Below, piece after piece: positions 1 to 9,971 of a stretch of 64,000 nucleotides of DNA (position 1 is its first letter; each line of letters begins with the position of its first letter). This DNA is from an uncultured Lentisphaerales bacterium (lineage in GTDB: Bacteria; Verrucomicrobiota; Lentisphaeria; JABSQK01; JAJFLO01): NCBI GenBank assembly GCA_964615975.1, contig CAZTTH010000008.1, forward strand, positions 13,814 to 77,813, given 5' to 3'. Under the pieces are notes generated by a model that ran no database searches, had not been told where the DNA came from, and saw only the letters and a program-made list of their open reading frames with translations. The translations under genes and the position numbers were made by a program.

Positions 1-735
1 ACGCTGCGGCTAATGGGTGATGCCGGGATCAGGCGGGTCCTGGCTTTATTTACTTCGGCATATAGCAGCTATTCCGGCTGCCGTCAGTATCGGGAGAACC
101 TCCAAGATGCCAGGACCACCGCCGGACGACCTGATATGGTTGTCGATAAAATCCGGGTCTTCTTTAACCACCCCGGTTTTATTGAAGCGAACACCAACCA
201 TATCCGGGCGGCCATGACTTCATTGCCGACGCTGGACAAATCCCATACCGCCCTCGTCTTCACCGCCCACAGCATACCCCTGTCCATGGCACAGGGTTGC
301 GCCTACCAAAAGCAATTGCGGCAAGCGTGCAAGCTGGTCACCGCAGCGCTGGTTTGGGACGATTGGGATCTGGTTTATCAAAGCCGCAGTGGTCCACCCC
401 ATCAGCCCTGGTTGGAACCGGATATCCTTGACCATTTGCGGCGGTTGCACGAAGCAGGGACACAAGCGGTGGTGATTTCGCCGATCGGCTTCATTTCCGA
501 TCATCTGGAAATCCTCTTTGACCTTGACACCGAAGCCCGGGAATTATGTCAGGAGCTCGGCATGACCATGGCGTTGGCCAAAACCGCCGGCGCTCATCCC
601 GCCTTTGTGGCCATGATCCGCGAATTGATCGAAGAACGGCTGGGGTTGCGCGTTGACCGCCGTGCCCTCGGCCAGCTTGGTCCCTGGCATGATGTGTGTC
701 CGGAAAATTGCTGCCTTCCAACCTCTATGAAATAG
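1..735 (+). CDS. hemH: Ferrochelatase, 3' portion (gene begins upstream of window)
   Basis: Reading frame is open from position 1. The translation (VFTAHSIPLSMAQG...ISDHLEILFDLD...) resembles the ferrochelatase C-terminal half. Confidence 0.75.
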   Translation, partial: TLRLMGDAGIRRVLALFTSAYSSYSGCRQYRENLQDARTTAGRPDMVVDKIRVFFNHPGFIEANTNHIRAAMTSLPTLDKSHTALVFTAHSIPLSMAQGCAYQKQLRQACKLVTAALVWDDWDLVYQSRSGPPHQPWLEPDILDHLRRLHEAGTQAVVISPIGFISDHLEILFDLDTEARELCQELGMTMALAKTAGAHPAFVAMIRELIEERLGLRVDRRALGQLGPWHDVCPENCCLPTSMK

Positions 736-833
736 TGATCAGCGGCTTGGCTGAATTTACTGTCATGGATGAAAATCCAACATAATTAAAAGCATAACCC
801 CCAGCTGGTATGTGTTTAATTATGGTCCATCGC

Positions 834-1694
834 TCAGGTTGACCCTGATTTTCCACGGCGCTTGTCTTCATTTCCTGCACTGTTTTGCCCGGCCTTCCGT
901 TTATCGAAGTAGGGTTGCCATTTGGTGCCGTGCTTAGAAGATACAAATGACTTTGGCGCAACAGCATGCTTCTCGATGATGACGCAGAACGGGTAGAAAT
1001 GGATCGAATGGATTGACTTCTGGAACTCATTCAAGTCGCCAAAGTGATTTAGCTGGTCAACGAGACTGGTCGCGTAGGCGGAAAAATCATTCCCCTTTCC
1101 ATGCACGTCTTCACAAAAATACACCCCGCCGCAACGCAAATGTGGAAGCATCTCTTCAAGCGTTATGCGCTGTTGCTCAGGTGTATGGCCGCCATCGTCG
1201 ATCAAGATATCGATCGGAGGAGTATTTACTCTAAAGGCTTTCCAAAAGCTCCTATCAGCCTGGTCACCGATGCGCACGCTTATGTGATCGTTTTCGTAGG
1301 ACTTACAAGTCTCATTTATATCAACACCGTATATGTGACATTGGGGGCCGAAGTAGGATCGCCACATATCGAGGCTGCCGCCACTGTAGACGCCGATTTC
1401 CAATATATTAACCCTTCGCGCAACGAACTTTGAGAAGTGCCGTTGATATATCTCAAAGTAATGCCGCCATTTCCATATTCCGTGTCCTTCAGTATGATTC
1501 TCGAAGTAATCTCTCAGCGGATTTGCTGGCGGCAGTGCGGTTTCAACTGGTGCCCCGCCCTGCTCACGATACCGCGAAACATATTGCTCGGCCGTGAAGC
1601 GCGATGTTATCTTCCCCAACAGCACCAAGAAGAGCTTCGGAGAGGAAATGCCCGCAACCGCGAGGTTCCTGGCTTTTCGTAGATATCGTTTCAT
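834..1694 (-). CDS. Class I SAM-dependent methyltransferase (CmcI/TylF-like O-methyltransferase family)
   Basis: ATG start at 1694. It has a Gly-rich SAM motif (ILEIGVYSGGSLDMW), then IYGVDI and GGVYFCEDVH, which is typical of this family. Confidence 0.55.
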   Translation of the reverse strand: MKRYLRKARNLAVAGISSPKLFLVLLGKITSRFTAEQYVSRYREQGGAPVETALPPANPLRDYFENHTEGHGIWKWRHYFEIYQRHFSKFVARRVNILEIGVYSGGSLDMWRSYFGPQCHIYGVDINETCKSYENDHISVRIGDQADRSFWKAFRVNTPPIDILIDDGGHTPEQQRITLEEMLPHLRCGGVYFCEDVHGKGNDFSAYATSLVDQLNHFGDLNEFQKSIHSIHFYPFCVIIEKHAVAPKSFVSSKHGTKWQPYFDKRKAGQNSAGNEDKRRGKSGST

Positions 1695-2106
1695 TGTGCG
1701 TTTTACCTTGTTGCCAAATTTATCTTACTGAATACCTACTATTTGCGTTTGAGTCAAACTGTCAATTCATCCTGGGAATTCTGCTTGTACTTGAGTCATT
1801 GAATCAACATTCCCCCTCCGCGTCTCGGCGCCTTGGCGTGATGATCATCATCTTTCGAACTGATTGCTATAAAAAAATATTCGTGATCGCGTAATAATTT
1901 GACTGATTACGAATCGGGATACTTAAGAATATGGAATCATTACCTGCTTTCAATAAATATTCAGAAAATCGTTATGGCTTATCATCGTTCCCGAACATCG
2001 GCGCCAGCTCAAACATCGGTATTAATTGTTTTTTTTCGCTGATATGAAATTATTTTTAGGTGATTAATTGTTATCAGCGTATCATCGCATCACCATATCT
2101 ATTATT

Positions 2107-2337
2107 ATGAGGACAACAATAACCATTGATGATGATGTATTTGAAGCAGCTCGAGCGCTGGCGCAAGCATCTGGCATAAGGCTTGGTCAGGCTCTTTCAT
2201 TGCTGGCTCGGCGAGGATTGCGCGTTTCACTCGATAGTGCGAAAAAGCGTGGATTGCCTGTTTTTAAAGTCAACCAGGATGCCAGGATTATCCCAAATGA
2301 TCTCGCCTGTAAAATGATGGCAGAAGAAGCAACGTGA
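2107..2337 (+). CDS. vapB: Type II antitoxin, VapB-like (76 aa from the ATG; the ORF track starts at an upstream TTG at 2068)
   Basis: MRTTITIDDDVFEAARALA... is an N-terminal motif characteristic of antitoxins paired with PIN toxins. Its stop lies 12 nt before the toxin start. Confidence 0.65.
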   Translation: MRTTITIDDDVFEAARALAQASGIRLGQALSLLARRGLRVSLDSAKKRGLPVFKVNQDARIIPNDLACKMMAEEAT

Positions 2338-2349
2338 AAATCAGCCCGA

Positions 2350-2757
2350 TTGGATACGAATGTGGTTCTGGCGTTAGGATGGCTGAATCCTCAAGGTCAG
2401 CATCAGGCACATTTATGGTTTGCAATACAGTCAAAAAACGGCTGGGGCACTTGTGCTTTAACCCAACTTGGTTTTATTCGGCTCTCCGCCAATCCGGCAG
2501 ATACAGAAAGTGCCGTTACTCTCCAAGAAGCTGCTGGTTTGTTAAAACAATGGACCTAACTGAATTCCCATTATTTCTGGGATGCTCCACCAGCAGATAA
2601 TCCAACCATCTTCTCCCGTGCCATAGGGCATCAGCAAATCAATGACGCCTGGTTGGTGGAAGTAGCCCGTCATCACTCAGGAAAGCTGGTCACATTTGAC
2701 CTCCGCCTGTCAGCCCACTCTAGCGAATCAGGGTTGGTCGAGGTAATTGAAACCTGA
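2350..2757 (+). pseudogene. vapC: VapC-family PIN-domain toxin interrupted by an in-frame TAA at 2557-2559 (same frame continues to TGA at 2755-2757)
   Basis: The N-terminal half (MDTNVVLALGWLNP..HLWF) and the C-terminal half in the SAME frame (..NSHYFWDAPP..INDAWLVEVARHHSGKLVTFD..GLVEVIET) together make a ~135-aa PIN toxin. A single ochre codon separates them. Confidence 0.6.
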
Positions 2758-3088
2758 AACAACTTTCAGGGATATGAAAATTTTATTAATCCGGTAGTAG
2801 AGTCAGACATATGATCCCAGACTGAACTGACACCGTGGTTAAAATTCTTCCCCGAATTCCTCGCCCCTGATCGCTGAATTGCCAGTGATCGGCCATGCGC
2901 CCGGATTTGCCAAGGTGATCGAATTTAAGCCCGAATCCAGGTACTCAAAAAGTCCAACCGCGTTACTCAGATGGAGAATCCTTAGGTAAAGTGATTGAAA
3001 ACATCATCAAGCTTGTTAATTTTACCCCCTTCATTGCGAAATTATAATACGACAATCAGGCGATAAAACAGGATTGAATTATCAACTT

Positions 3089-3640
3089 ATGAAACGTCTA
3101 CTATCAGCGCTTAAAGCCTTCTGGCACATCCTTTGCGGTCGCGAAGAGGCTCCCCCTGTCCCGGTTCAACCAGAGTCAGTAAAACCAGCAACTGCTCCGG
3201 CAACACCTGCAGCGGCGATTACCGCCGCATCCAAATCAGCTTCATCGGATAAACATACATTTCAACACGGCGCCATCTATGCCCTGGTGCTGTTGCAACG
3301 GCATGGCCGCCTGATTGATTTTCTTCAGGAAAAGCTGGACGACTACAGCGACGAACAAATCGGCACTGCCGTCCGTCAAATCCATCATGATTGCCAGGTG
3401 GTTTTCACCGAGAATTTTCACCTCCAGCGTATCCTGCCAGAGGAAGAAGGACAGCCCATAAAATTCGAAAAAGCTGTCGACCCTCTGGCAATCAAACTGA
3501 CTGGCGCCATCCCCGCCGCGCCTCCCTACCAGGGGGTGTTGCGTCACAAGGGATGGAAGATTGGTAAAATTCATTTGCCGGAACGGAGCGGGAAAATCGA
3601 TCCCCACATCATTGCCGCCGCGGAAGTGGAAATCGCTTGA
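3089..3640 (+). CDS. DUF2760-family protein (Hsp70-associated partner)
   Basis: ATG at 3089 (the track starts at a TTG at 3074). Contains a GRLIDFLQEKLDDYSDEQIG-type motif and sits immediately upstream of an Hsp70-family gene. Confidence 0.55.
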   Translation: MKRLLSALKAFWHILCGREEAPPVPVQPESVKPATAPATPAAAITAASKSASSDKHTFQHGAIYALVLLQRHGRLIDFLQEKLDDYSDEQIGTAVRQIHHDCQVVFTENFHLQRILPEEEGQPIKFEKAVDPLAIKLTGAIPAAPPYQGVLRHKGWKIGKIHLPERSGKIDPHIIAAAEVEIA

Positions 3641-3693
3641 ATCGTATCCCGGGATTAAAGGATGATGATGGTGGTATAACTCATAAATAAACC

Positions 3694-3790
3694 GTTGAAC
3701 TCATTAACCTGCGAACCTTATAACCTATTAACTCTTTAACCTCTTAACACTGAACCCCATTAACCTTTGAACCTTGAACTTTATTAATCC
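3694..3790. repeat. Degenerate tandem array (~12 units, 7-9 bp period) of (T/G)(T/A)AAC(C/T) motifs in the DUF2760-Hsp70 intergenic spacer
   Basis: Read directly: ..gttgaactcattaacctgcgaaccttataacctattaactctttaacctcttaacactgaaccccattaacctttgaaccttgaactttattaatcc.. Confidence 0.5.
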
Positions 3791-3799
3791 CATACCCCC

Positions 3800-5611
3800 A
3801 TGTCACGTTATATCATCGGCATCGATTTAGGCACAACCAATATCGCCATATCCTATCTGGATCTGGAATCCGACACGCCCACAGTGGAACTCTTTTCCGT
3901 CCCCCAACTGGTGGCGCCGGGAGAGATCGATGCGCTTCCACTGCTCCCCTCATTTCTCTATCTCCCGCCCGAGGCGGATGTGGAACGCGGCATTTATGAT
4001 CTGCCGTGGGCAGAGAAACCCCAACATTGTGTTGGCACGTTGGCGCGCAAGAACGGGCCGCTGGCGCCCGGGAAGGTGATTGCTTCGGCCAAATCCTGGC
4101 TGTGCACACCGACCGTCGATCGGCTGGCGCCGATTCTGCCGTGGGGTCAACCTGCGACGGCAGGCAAGATCTCCCCGATTGACGCGACCCGCTATTATCT
4201 CGAGCATCTCAAAGGCGCTTGGAACCAGCATTTTGCCATGGACGATTCCACCCTCGCATTTGAACAGCAAAAAATCATTGTCACCGTGCCCGCCTCCTTC
4301 GATGCCGTGGCCCGGGAATTGACGGTCAAGGCGGCGGAACTGGCAGGATTGACAATTAATTTGCTTGAAGAACCACAGGCGGCGTTTTACGCCTGGCTGC
4401 ATGAGCATGAGAAGAATTGGCGCAAGATGGTGGCGATCGGCAAGCGCATACTGGTCTGCGATATCGGCGGCGGCACCACCGATTTCAGCTTGATTCAGGC
4501 GGTTGACGATAACGGCAGTGTCGGCCTTGAGCGGGTCGCGGTCGGCAATCACATCCTGCTAGGTGGGGACAACCTGGACCTGGCGCTGGCAGTCTATCTT
4601 TCCGAAAAACTCAAACGCGACAAGGGGATCAAGCTCGATCTCAATCAGTTCACCGCCATGACCCATTCCTGCCGAGAAGCCAAGGAGAAGCTGTTCTCGA
4701 GCGCTAAACCGAAACCGCAGAAAATCACCGTGCTGGGACGCGGCAGCAGTGTCATCGGCGGCACGATCACCACGGAACTTACCTTGGAGGAATTGACCAC
4801 GGTGGTGCTGGAGGGATTTTTCCCCCCCTGCGAGCTAAGTGACCAACCGACAACACAAAAGCGACTGGGATTACGCGAATTCGGCTTGAATTACGAGTCC
4901 GATCCGGTGATAACCAAGCATTTGGCGGCGTTTCTTTCCCGGCACTCAGACACGGCGGGGGCCGCCGGCCTGCCAGAGATGATCCTCTTCAACGGCGGCG
5001 TCACCAAAGCCGACAGCATCTGCCAGCGCATCATCGACAACCTGAGAAAATGGCATGGCAACTCTGAAGCCTCGGAAATCACCGTTCTCACCGGCACGGA
5101 TCCCGACACGGCCGTGGCGATCGGCGCCTGCTGGTATGGTCATGTCAGTATTGGCAAAGGCATTCGCATCAAGGCCGGCAGCGCGTTCTCCTATTATGTC
5201 GGGGTGGAATCATCACAACCGGCAATACCCGGATTTCAACCGCCATTGCAGGGACTGTGCGTAGCGCCATTTGGCCTCGAAGAAGGCAGCACTGTCGATA
5301 TTCCCTACACCGGCCTGGGCCTGGTGGTTGGTGAACGCACCGACTTCCAGTTCTTCGCCAGCACTGATCACAAGGAAGATCAATGCGGTACGATCATCGC
5401 CGATGTCGAAGAAGCCGGACTGCACACCCTGCCGGTGCTGACCGCCGAACTGCCGGCGGATGAAGCCACCATCCCTGCCGGCACCCTCCTGCCTATCCGC
5501 CTCAAGACCGTGCTCACCGAAATCGGCACTCTGCAGCTCTGGTGCCTGGAAGAAAACGGCGACCGCCAGTGGCAGCTCGAATACGAACTCCGCGCCCGCG
5601 ACGCGGATTAG
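3800..5611 (+). CDS. Hsp70-family (DnaK-like actin-fold ATPase) protein, noncanonical
   Basis: IGIDLGTTNIAISY, DIGGGTTDFSL and NGGVTK motifs. Its 603-aa length and divergent C-terminal substrate domain argue against housekeeping DnaK. Confidence 0.8.
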   Translation: MSRYIIGIDLGTTNIAISYLDLESDTPTVELFSVPQLVAPGEIDALPLLPSFLYLPPEADVERGIYDLPWAEKPQHCVGTLARKNGPLAPGKVIASAKSWLCTPTVDRLAPILPWGQPATAGKISPIDATRYYLEHLKGAWNQHFAMDDSTLAFEQQKIIVTVPASFDAVARELTVKAAELAGLTINLLEEPQAAFYAWLHEHEKNWRKMVAIGKRILVCDIGGGTTDFSLIQAVDDNGSVGLERVAVGNHILLGGDNLDLALAVYLSEKLKRDKGIKLDLNQFTAMTHSCREAKEKLFSSAKPKPQKITVLGRGSSVIGGTITTELTLEELTTVVLEGFFPPCELSDQPTTQKRLGLREFGLNYESDPVITKHLAAFLSRHSDTAGAAGLPEMILFNGGVTKADSICQRIIDNLRKWHGNSEASEITVLTGTDPDTAVAIGACWYGHVSIGKGIRIKAGSAFSYYVGVESSQPAIPGFQPPLQGLCVAPFGLEEGSTVDIPYTGLGLVVGERTDFQFFASTDHKEDQCGTIIADVEEAGLHTLPVLTAELPADEATIPAGTLLPIRLKTVLTEIGTLQLWCLEENGDRQWQLEYELRARDAD

Positions 5612-5789
5612 AGTGGATGCAGTTCACCGTTTGGAACAACGCTATCTGGATCACCCAGGATGAAATTTTAATCCATCCAAAAATTTGCTTGGAAAATGAT
5701 AATTTTGCCGTCACCATCTGACTACCATAACAGATATACTGCACATGAATGATGGCTATTCATCTTCCCGTCAGGTTGGGCAAGGCAGC

Positions 5790-7862
5790 TTAAGCTCGTA
5801 AGTCATCCAGGAATTCTGAGGCTGGTTCAATGCCTGTGACCAGTAAATGATCCCTTGCCCGTGTACAAGCGACATAAAGCAAGTGACGTTCAGTGTCGTA
5901 GACCTCTTGCAAATCGGCATCGTCACCGACTGTTTCAATACGTTCCTGTAAGGGGATAATCTCGTCATCACAGGATATCACGGCCACGGCGCGGAATTCA
6001 AGCCCCTTGGCCAGGTGCATGGTGCAGATCGATACATGACCACTGCTCGTCTCGACATGGTCATCGAGGATATTGAATGGCAAACCCGACTCCTTGACTG
6101 CATCTTGAGCTCGTTCCAGTTGCCCTGGTGAACGCACGAAGACGCCGAATTCATGGGGTAGGAGACCGGCTTTCGTGAGCTCGGCAATCCATGTACCAAC
6201 AGAACTTATTTCGTCATTTTCACTCTTGAACACGCGAATGTCGGGTAATGGACCATTGAAGATCGAAATTGTATCGCTCCGATCTTCTCGATTGCCGTCC
6301 ACATCAGTAACTTCCGGACCAAGCAGACGATCAGCTTGCTGGCGGATTTGATGGGATGTGCGATAATTGATTCGCAGCGTGCGGGAACGACCGCGGATAT
6401 CAACACCGAGTGATTTCCAGGAGAAGGGTTGTTGGAAAATACGCTGACCAAGATCACCGGCAAAGAATAAAGCGTTGGAGCGCTCACCACCAAGCACGGC
6501 AAGGAAGCGGAGTTGTGAAACACTGAGATCCTGTGCCTCGTCAACAACTACAAAATCGAAGGGTAGCTTTTTGCTTTCCACCAATGTGGACGACAAGGCA
6601 GTGAAAATCCCCGCATGAGTGGATAACTTCCGCTCTTTCAATCCACTGCTGACCTGCTCAAAGATAGACCAGAGTACCACTCGTCGCTTTTCGGGCAGCC
6701 GGGTTTTGCGGCCAAGGCGGGCTACATCGCGGTAAGACTCCCATGTTTCCAATTGCCACGCATCGACGACTTGTTCCCATTCGGTAACCAGGAAATGCAG
6801 ACTGAACTTGTGATCTCCCACCACTTTCGCCGCGACATTGAGCAATTCCCGCACGATATCACGAGTGGCCAGGTTCACCTTGCCACATTGTGATTTAAAG
6901 AGTCGGAGACCGATGGCATTCAGGGAGTAAACTTCAATGCGTTCGACAAGACGCGGTTCGTTGCCGACCAATCGTTTTAGCTTGGTACGAAGCGCATTTG
7001 CCAGCGTGTCGGAAAAGGTTGTGAGCAGGATGCGGGCATCGGGATAGGCGCGGGCCAGATACACTGCCCGATGCAACGCCACAATCGTCTTTCCGGTTCC
7101 AGCCGATCCTGAAACACGGGATGGTCCATTTTGGTCGCGTTCCACCCATTGACGCTGTTCGGGATGGAGAAAAACAGTCCACTTCTCCCAGGGGAAATCG
7201 AGAGCACATTGAAGCTCTTCGATATTGTTCATCACCCGGAAGCGGCGTTGCGCATCGGGGTGATCAAACGGACTTGCAATCGGCATGGCCGGTTGAATCA
7301 CTCGCGGTTTGCCACCGGTGGCAAGTTCCAGGAGCGCTTCAGCCGCTTCCCCGGGCAGACGTTCCGCTAACAATAACAGGCTGTCTTCATTAACCTGGCG
7401 CACATCATTCAACCATTCTGCCGGCACGCCATAGCCAAGCAGTTCTTCATCGGAATTGGCGGTAAACAGGGGTGGTTTCGGTAGCGCCGGCAATTCCTGT
7501 TGCACATACACTGGTACATAGACCTCCTTCACCGTCTCGCGAATTTCCACGAGCTGAGCCGCCCCCGTCTTGGGATGCGTTTCCAGTTTCCGGCGTTGCG
7601 CCCAATTATAGGCTTTATCGTGGTGATCGACATAACAGAGCATCAAACTGGTACCGGTTTTGTGAACGATGAGCCGAATATCACTGGTTGCTCGAATCGA
7701 CCAGAAGTTGGCATCTTTGGCGCCCTCAATACGATGGCATTGCATCCCGGGATTGAGGGGATTCATCTGCAGGTCAAATGCCGTTGTCTTGACCGCTTTC
7801 TGCTCATCGCCGGTCAGGCGTGCAAGGCTATCGGTGAAGGTGGCGGCAATGCGGAAGTTCAT
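5790..7862 (-). CDS. UvrD-like SF1 helicase (Walker A GSAGTGKT, DEAQD) with an N-terminal ~90-aa RelE/ParE-like fold
   Basis: Helicase motifs were read from the translation. The N-terminal segment ..ANFWSIRATSDIRLIVHKTG.SLMLCYVDHHDKAY matches the RelE/ParE C-terminal pattern. Confidence 0.75.
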   Translation of the reverse strand: MNFRIAATFTDSLARLTGDEQKAVKTTAFDLQMNPLNPGMQCHRIEGAKDANFWSIRATSDIRLIVHKTGTSLMLCYVDHHDKAYNWAQRRKLETHPKTGAAQLVEIRETVKEVYVPVYVQQELPALPKPPLFTANSDEELLGYGVPAEWLNDVRQVNEDSLLLLAERLPGEAAEALLELATGGKPRVIQPAMPIASPFDHPDAQRRFRVMNNIEELQCALDFPWEKWTVFLHPEQRQWVERDQNGPSRVSGSAGTGKTIVALHRAVYLARAYPDARILLTTFSDTLANALRTKLKRLVGNEPRLVERIEVYSLNAIGLRLFKSQCGKVNLATRDIVRELLNVAAKVVGDHKFSLHFLVTEWEQVVDAWQLETWESYRDVARLGRKTRLPEKRRVVLWSIFEQVSSGLKERKLSTHAGIFTALSSTLVESKKLPFDFVVVDEAQDLSVSQLRFLAVLGGERSNALFFAGDLGQRIFQQPFSWKSLGVDIRGRSRTLRINYRTSHQIRQQADRLLGPEVTDVDGNREDRSDTISIFNGPLPDIRVFKSENDEISSVGTWIAELTKAGLLPHEFGVFVRSPGQLERAQDAVKESGLPFNILDDHVETSSGHVSICTMHLAKGLEFRAVAVISCDDEIIPLQERIETVGDDADLQEVYDTERHLLYVACTRARDHLLVTGIEPASEFLDDLRA
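7767..7862. repeat. Direct repeat copy 1: start codon plus first 32 codons of the helicase gene
   Basis: Matches 10030-10125 with 12 mismatches in 96 nt by hand alignment. Confidence 0.7.
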
Positions 7863-7932
7863 GAACTTTCCTCACCCGTCACTTACAATCGTTTTCAGTT
7901 TTCATCTCAGGATATCCTCGATATAACTCGGA

Positions 7933-8361
7933 TCATTTAGCATAATGGCATTCCATAACAGTATCGGCGATCAGTTGTGCTATAGTCAGATTATCTTGAT
8001 GAGAAATCCCATGAATTCCGCTATGAGACGGATCATTGTCTTCAGGTTCATGAATGAACTGCAACTGACGCGAATCATTCGATTCATTTTTTACAAAATT
8101 CCTGGTGTTTCCAACATTCACCACTGCAAACATACCCGTTGATGCCACATTGAATTTTTTAGCAAAAATTCGTCTTACTTCTTCAATTTCTTGAACACGA
8201 GAAGTTTTCTTGAGATATTCCAGCCAATTCACGGACAGATAAGTTTCATCATCTCGAAGCATGAATGAGGCACCGGTTGGTAGTCCAGTGGAAGGTGAAA
8301 GACTCCGAGGTTTACAATATCTTGAAACGTGATCGGAATCCTGGATAATGTCATTTCTCAT
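7933..8361 (-). CDS. Hypothetical protein, 142 aa (cassette gene C)
   Basis: ATG start. It overlaps the upstream gene by 11 nt. No recognisable domain. Confidence 0.5.
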   Translation of the reverse strand: MRNDIIQDSDHVSRYCKPRSLSPSTGLPTGASFMLRDDETYLSVNWLEYLKKTSRVQEIEEVRRIFAKKFNVASTGMFAVVNVGNTRNFVKNESNDSRQLQFIHEPEDNDPSHSGIHGISHQDNLTIAQLIADTVMECHYAK

Positions 8362-9067
8362 TGATCGTCGTCCATCGTTCTGTATTGAAGGGCGTTATGA
8401 GTTGACGAAAATCTTTCATGCCACATTTTCCTGAATTCCTAATTATTCCGTCCTGAGACGGAGAAAATATCAAATAATTAAGGTTATAATCCGAAAGAAA
8501 CTCAATGGTCAGATTTCGGGATTTATCTTTGCGCCATTGACAGATAATTGTCCCATTAGGGGATGCCATAATGTCAGGATGACAAAGGTCTTTATTCTGG
8601 GATAAAAATCGCAAGCAAGCGCCGACAGATGTTGCACTTAATTTCGTTTCCTCTAGATCTTCGGCGAGAAGGTCATTCAATTCTGTAATGCGAGCCAGCA
8701 CTTCATCTTTCTTTAACAGTGTTCGGCTTGAAAGGCGAAAGTCTATTAATGTTGCTCGAACTTTGTCATATTCTGACCTTATATCTCCTAAAATAGCCAT
8801 GGAAGTATTTTCCGAGGATTCGATTTCAGCTATGATTGCTTTGTCCTCTGGGCAAACACTCAAATAGATCATGGGTGTAAAATAATTCCGCGGTTTGATA
8901 GATGAGAACGAGGTTTTGGGGTTGAGAGATGATTCCCACTGGGCAAGAATTGAATAATCCGTTTGTCTTCGAGATAACAACAATGATTGTACTTGATATT
9001 CATCTTGATCGAATAGTGCTTCGCGGGTTAAGTCAAAATCATCCTTGTATGCGACTGCGGCAGTCAT
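8351..9067 (-). CDS. Hypothetical protein, 238 aa (cassette gene B)
   Basis: ATG start. It has an ATGA overlap with gene A, which implies translational coupling. No recognisable domain. Confidence 0.55.
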   Translation of the reverse strand: MTAAVAYKDDFDLTREALFDQDEYQVQSLLLSRRQTDYSILAQWESSLNPKTSFSSIKPRNYFTPMIYLSVCPEDKAIIAEIESSENTSMAILGDIRSEYDKVRATLIDFRLSSRTLLKKDEVLARITELNDLLAEDLEETKLSATSVGACLRFLSQNKDLCHPDIMASPNGTIICQWRKDKSRNLTIEFLSDYNLNYLIFSPSQDGIIRNSGKCGMKDFRQLITPFNTERWTTINEK

Positions 9068-9858
9068 TTATCCTTCCTCCCCCAGAATTTTTTTTGGATA
9101 TTAATATCAGTAAAATCGCAAAATCCATAAACAATCCATTCATGCGCCAGGTCAAACCACTCCTCCATACGCTTATAACTGACGTCTCCACCCAAACCTT
9201 TAGCTGATAATTCGAGAATGTAAATAGGACTACCGTCCGTTTGTCTTTGACTAAAGCTCAAGCTTACCGTCAGTCGTCCAAAATCTTCAGGTAATGTAAA
9301 GATACCTCTCCATGCGTTTGATTCTGGTCCCGGCAGGAATCGGTCTTCATTTCGCCAAATCAAATCGGGGGCGAAATTTCCAACTTCTGCCGGCGTTTGC
9401 CATATGTCACCTATAGGTATGTGGTTGATGTAAGACAGTTCGCATTTCTGAATGTTGGGCTTGGGTATTTCTTGTTCGGAGAGAAAGGTACAAAATTCCT
9501 TAAGTTGATTCCAAAATTCGTTAATGACATTGGAATATCGCGGATAGGTTTCGTCACCTGTGATCCGCCGCCAATTAAACACGAAACAATTTCTCTGAAT
9601 TTGGATCAGCGATGTTTGGGTTGAGTTCAATAACCAAACACGCGGCCATGGCAGATCGTTCTCTGGGTCTAATGGTAAAAGTGGTTGTGCATGTTCACAA
9701 TGGGGATATCGCTCCTGAATTCTATCCCAATAACGTCCAATATGAGGAAGTTTGAATCCCGCCAATGATTTAAAATAAACACCAGCCACCACCTCATTGA
9801 TAGGCGGAGTTTCAAAATCCGGTAATTGTGTTTGTATGTCTTTTTTGTTTTTCTTCAT
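9064..9858 (-). CDS. Hypothetical protein, 264 aa (cassette gene A); its N-terminal motif resembles the uncharacterized TIGR04255 family (from memory)
   Basis: ATG preceded by an aaggataaatca SD. N-terminus reads LPDFETPPINEVVAGVYFKSL. Confidence 0.5.
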   Translation of the reverse strand: MKKNKKDIQTQLPDFETPPINEVVAGVYFKSLAGFKLPHIGRYWDRIQERYPHCEHAQPLLPLDPENDLPWPRVWLLNSTQTSLIQIQRNCFVFNWRRITGDETYPRYSNVINEFWNQLKEFCTFLSEQEIPKPNIQKCELSYINHIPIGDIWQTPAEVGNFAPDLIWRNEDRFLPGPESNAWRGIFTLPEDFGRLTVSLSFSQRQTDGSPIYILELSAKGLGGDVSYKRMEEWFDLAHEWIVYGFCDFTDINIQKKFWGRKDK

Positions 9859-9971
9859 TGATTTATCCTTATGTTTTTGGGTCTAACCAATTTCATATAT
9901 AACATTAACAAAATTAAGATAGACAATTCAATCCGTCTGAGGTCTGTATTTTACCCACACTGACCAAAATC

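Noticed and set aside
3950-4552. 200-aa antisense ORF inside the Hsp70 gene (and similar antisense ORFs inside gyrB 43500-44171, nadE, kinase)
   Set aside because: They lie antisense to strongly supported genes, carry no motifs, and are typical open frames of GC-balanced coding DNA.
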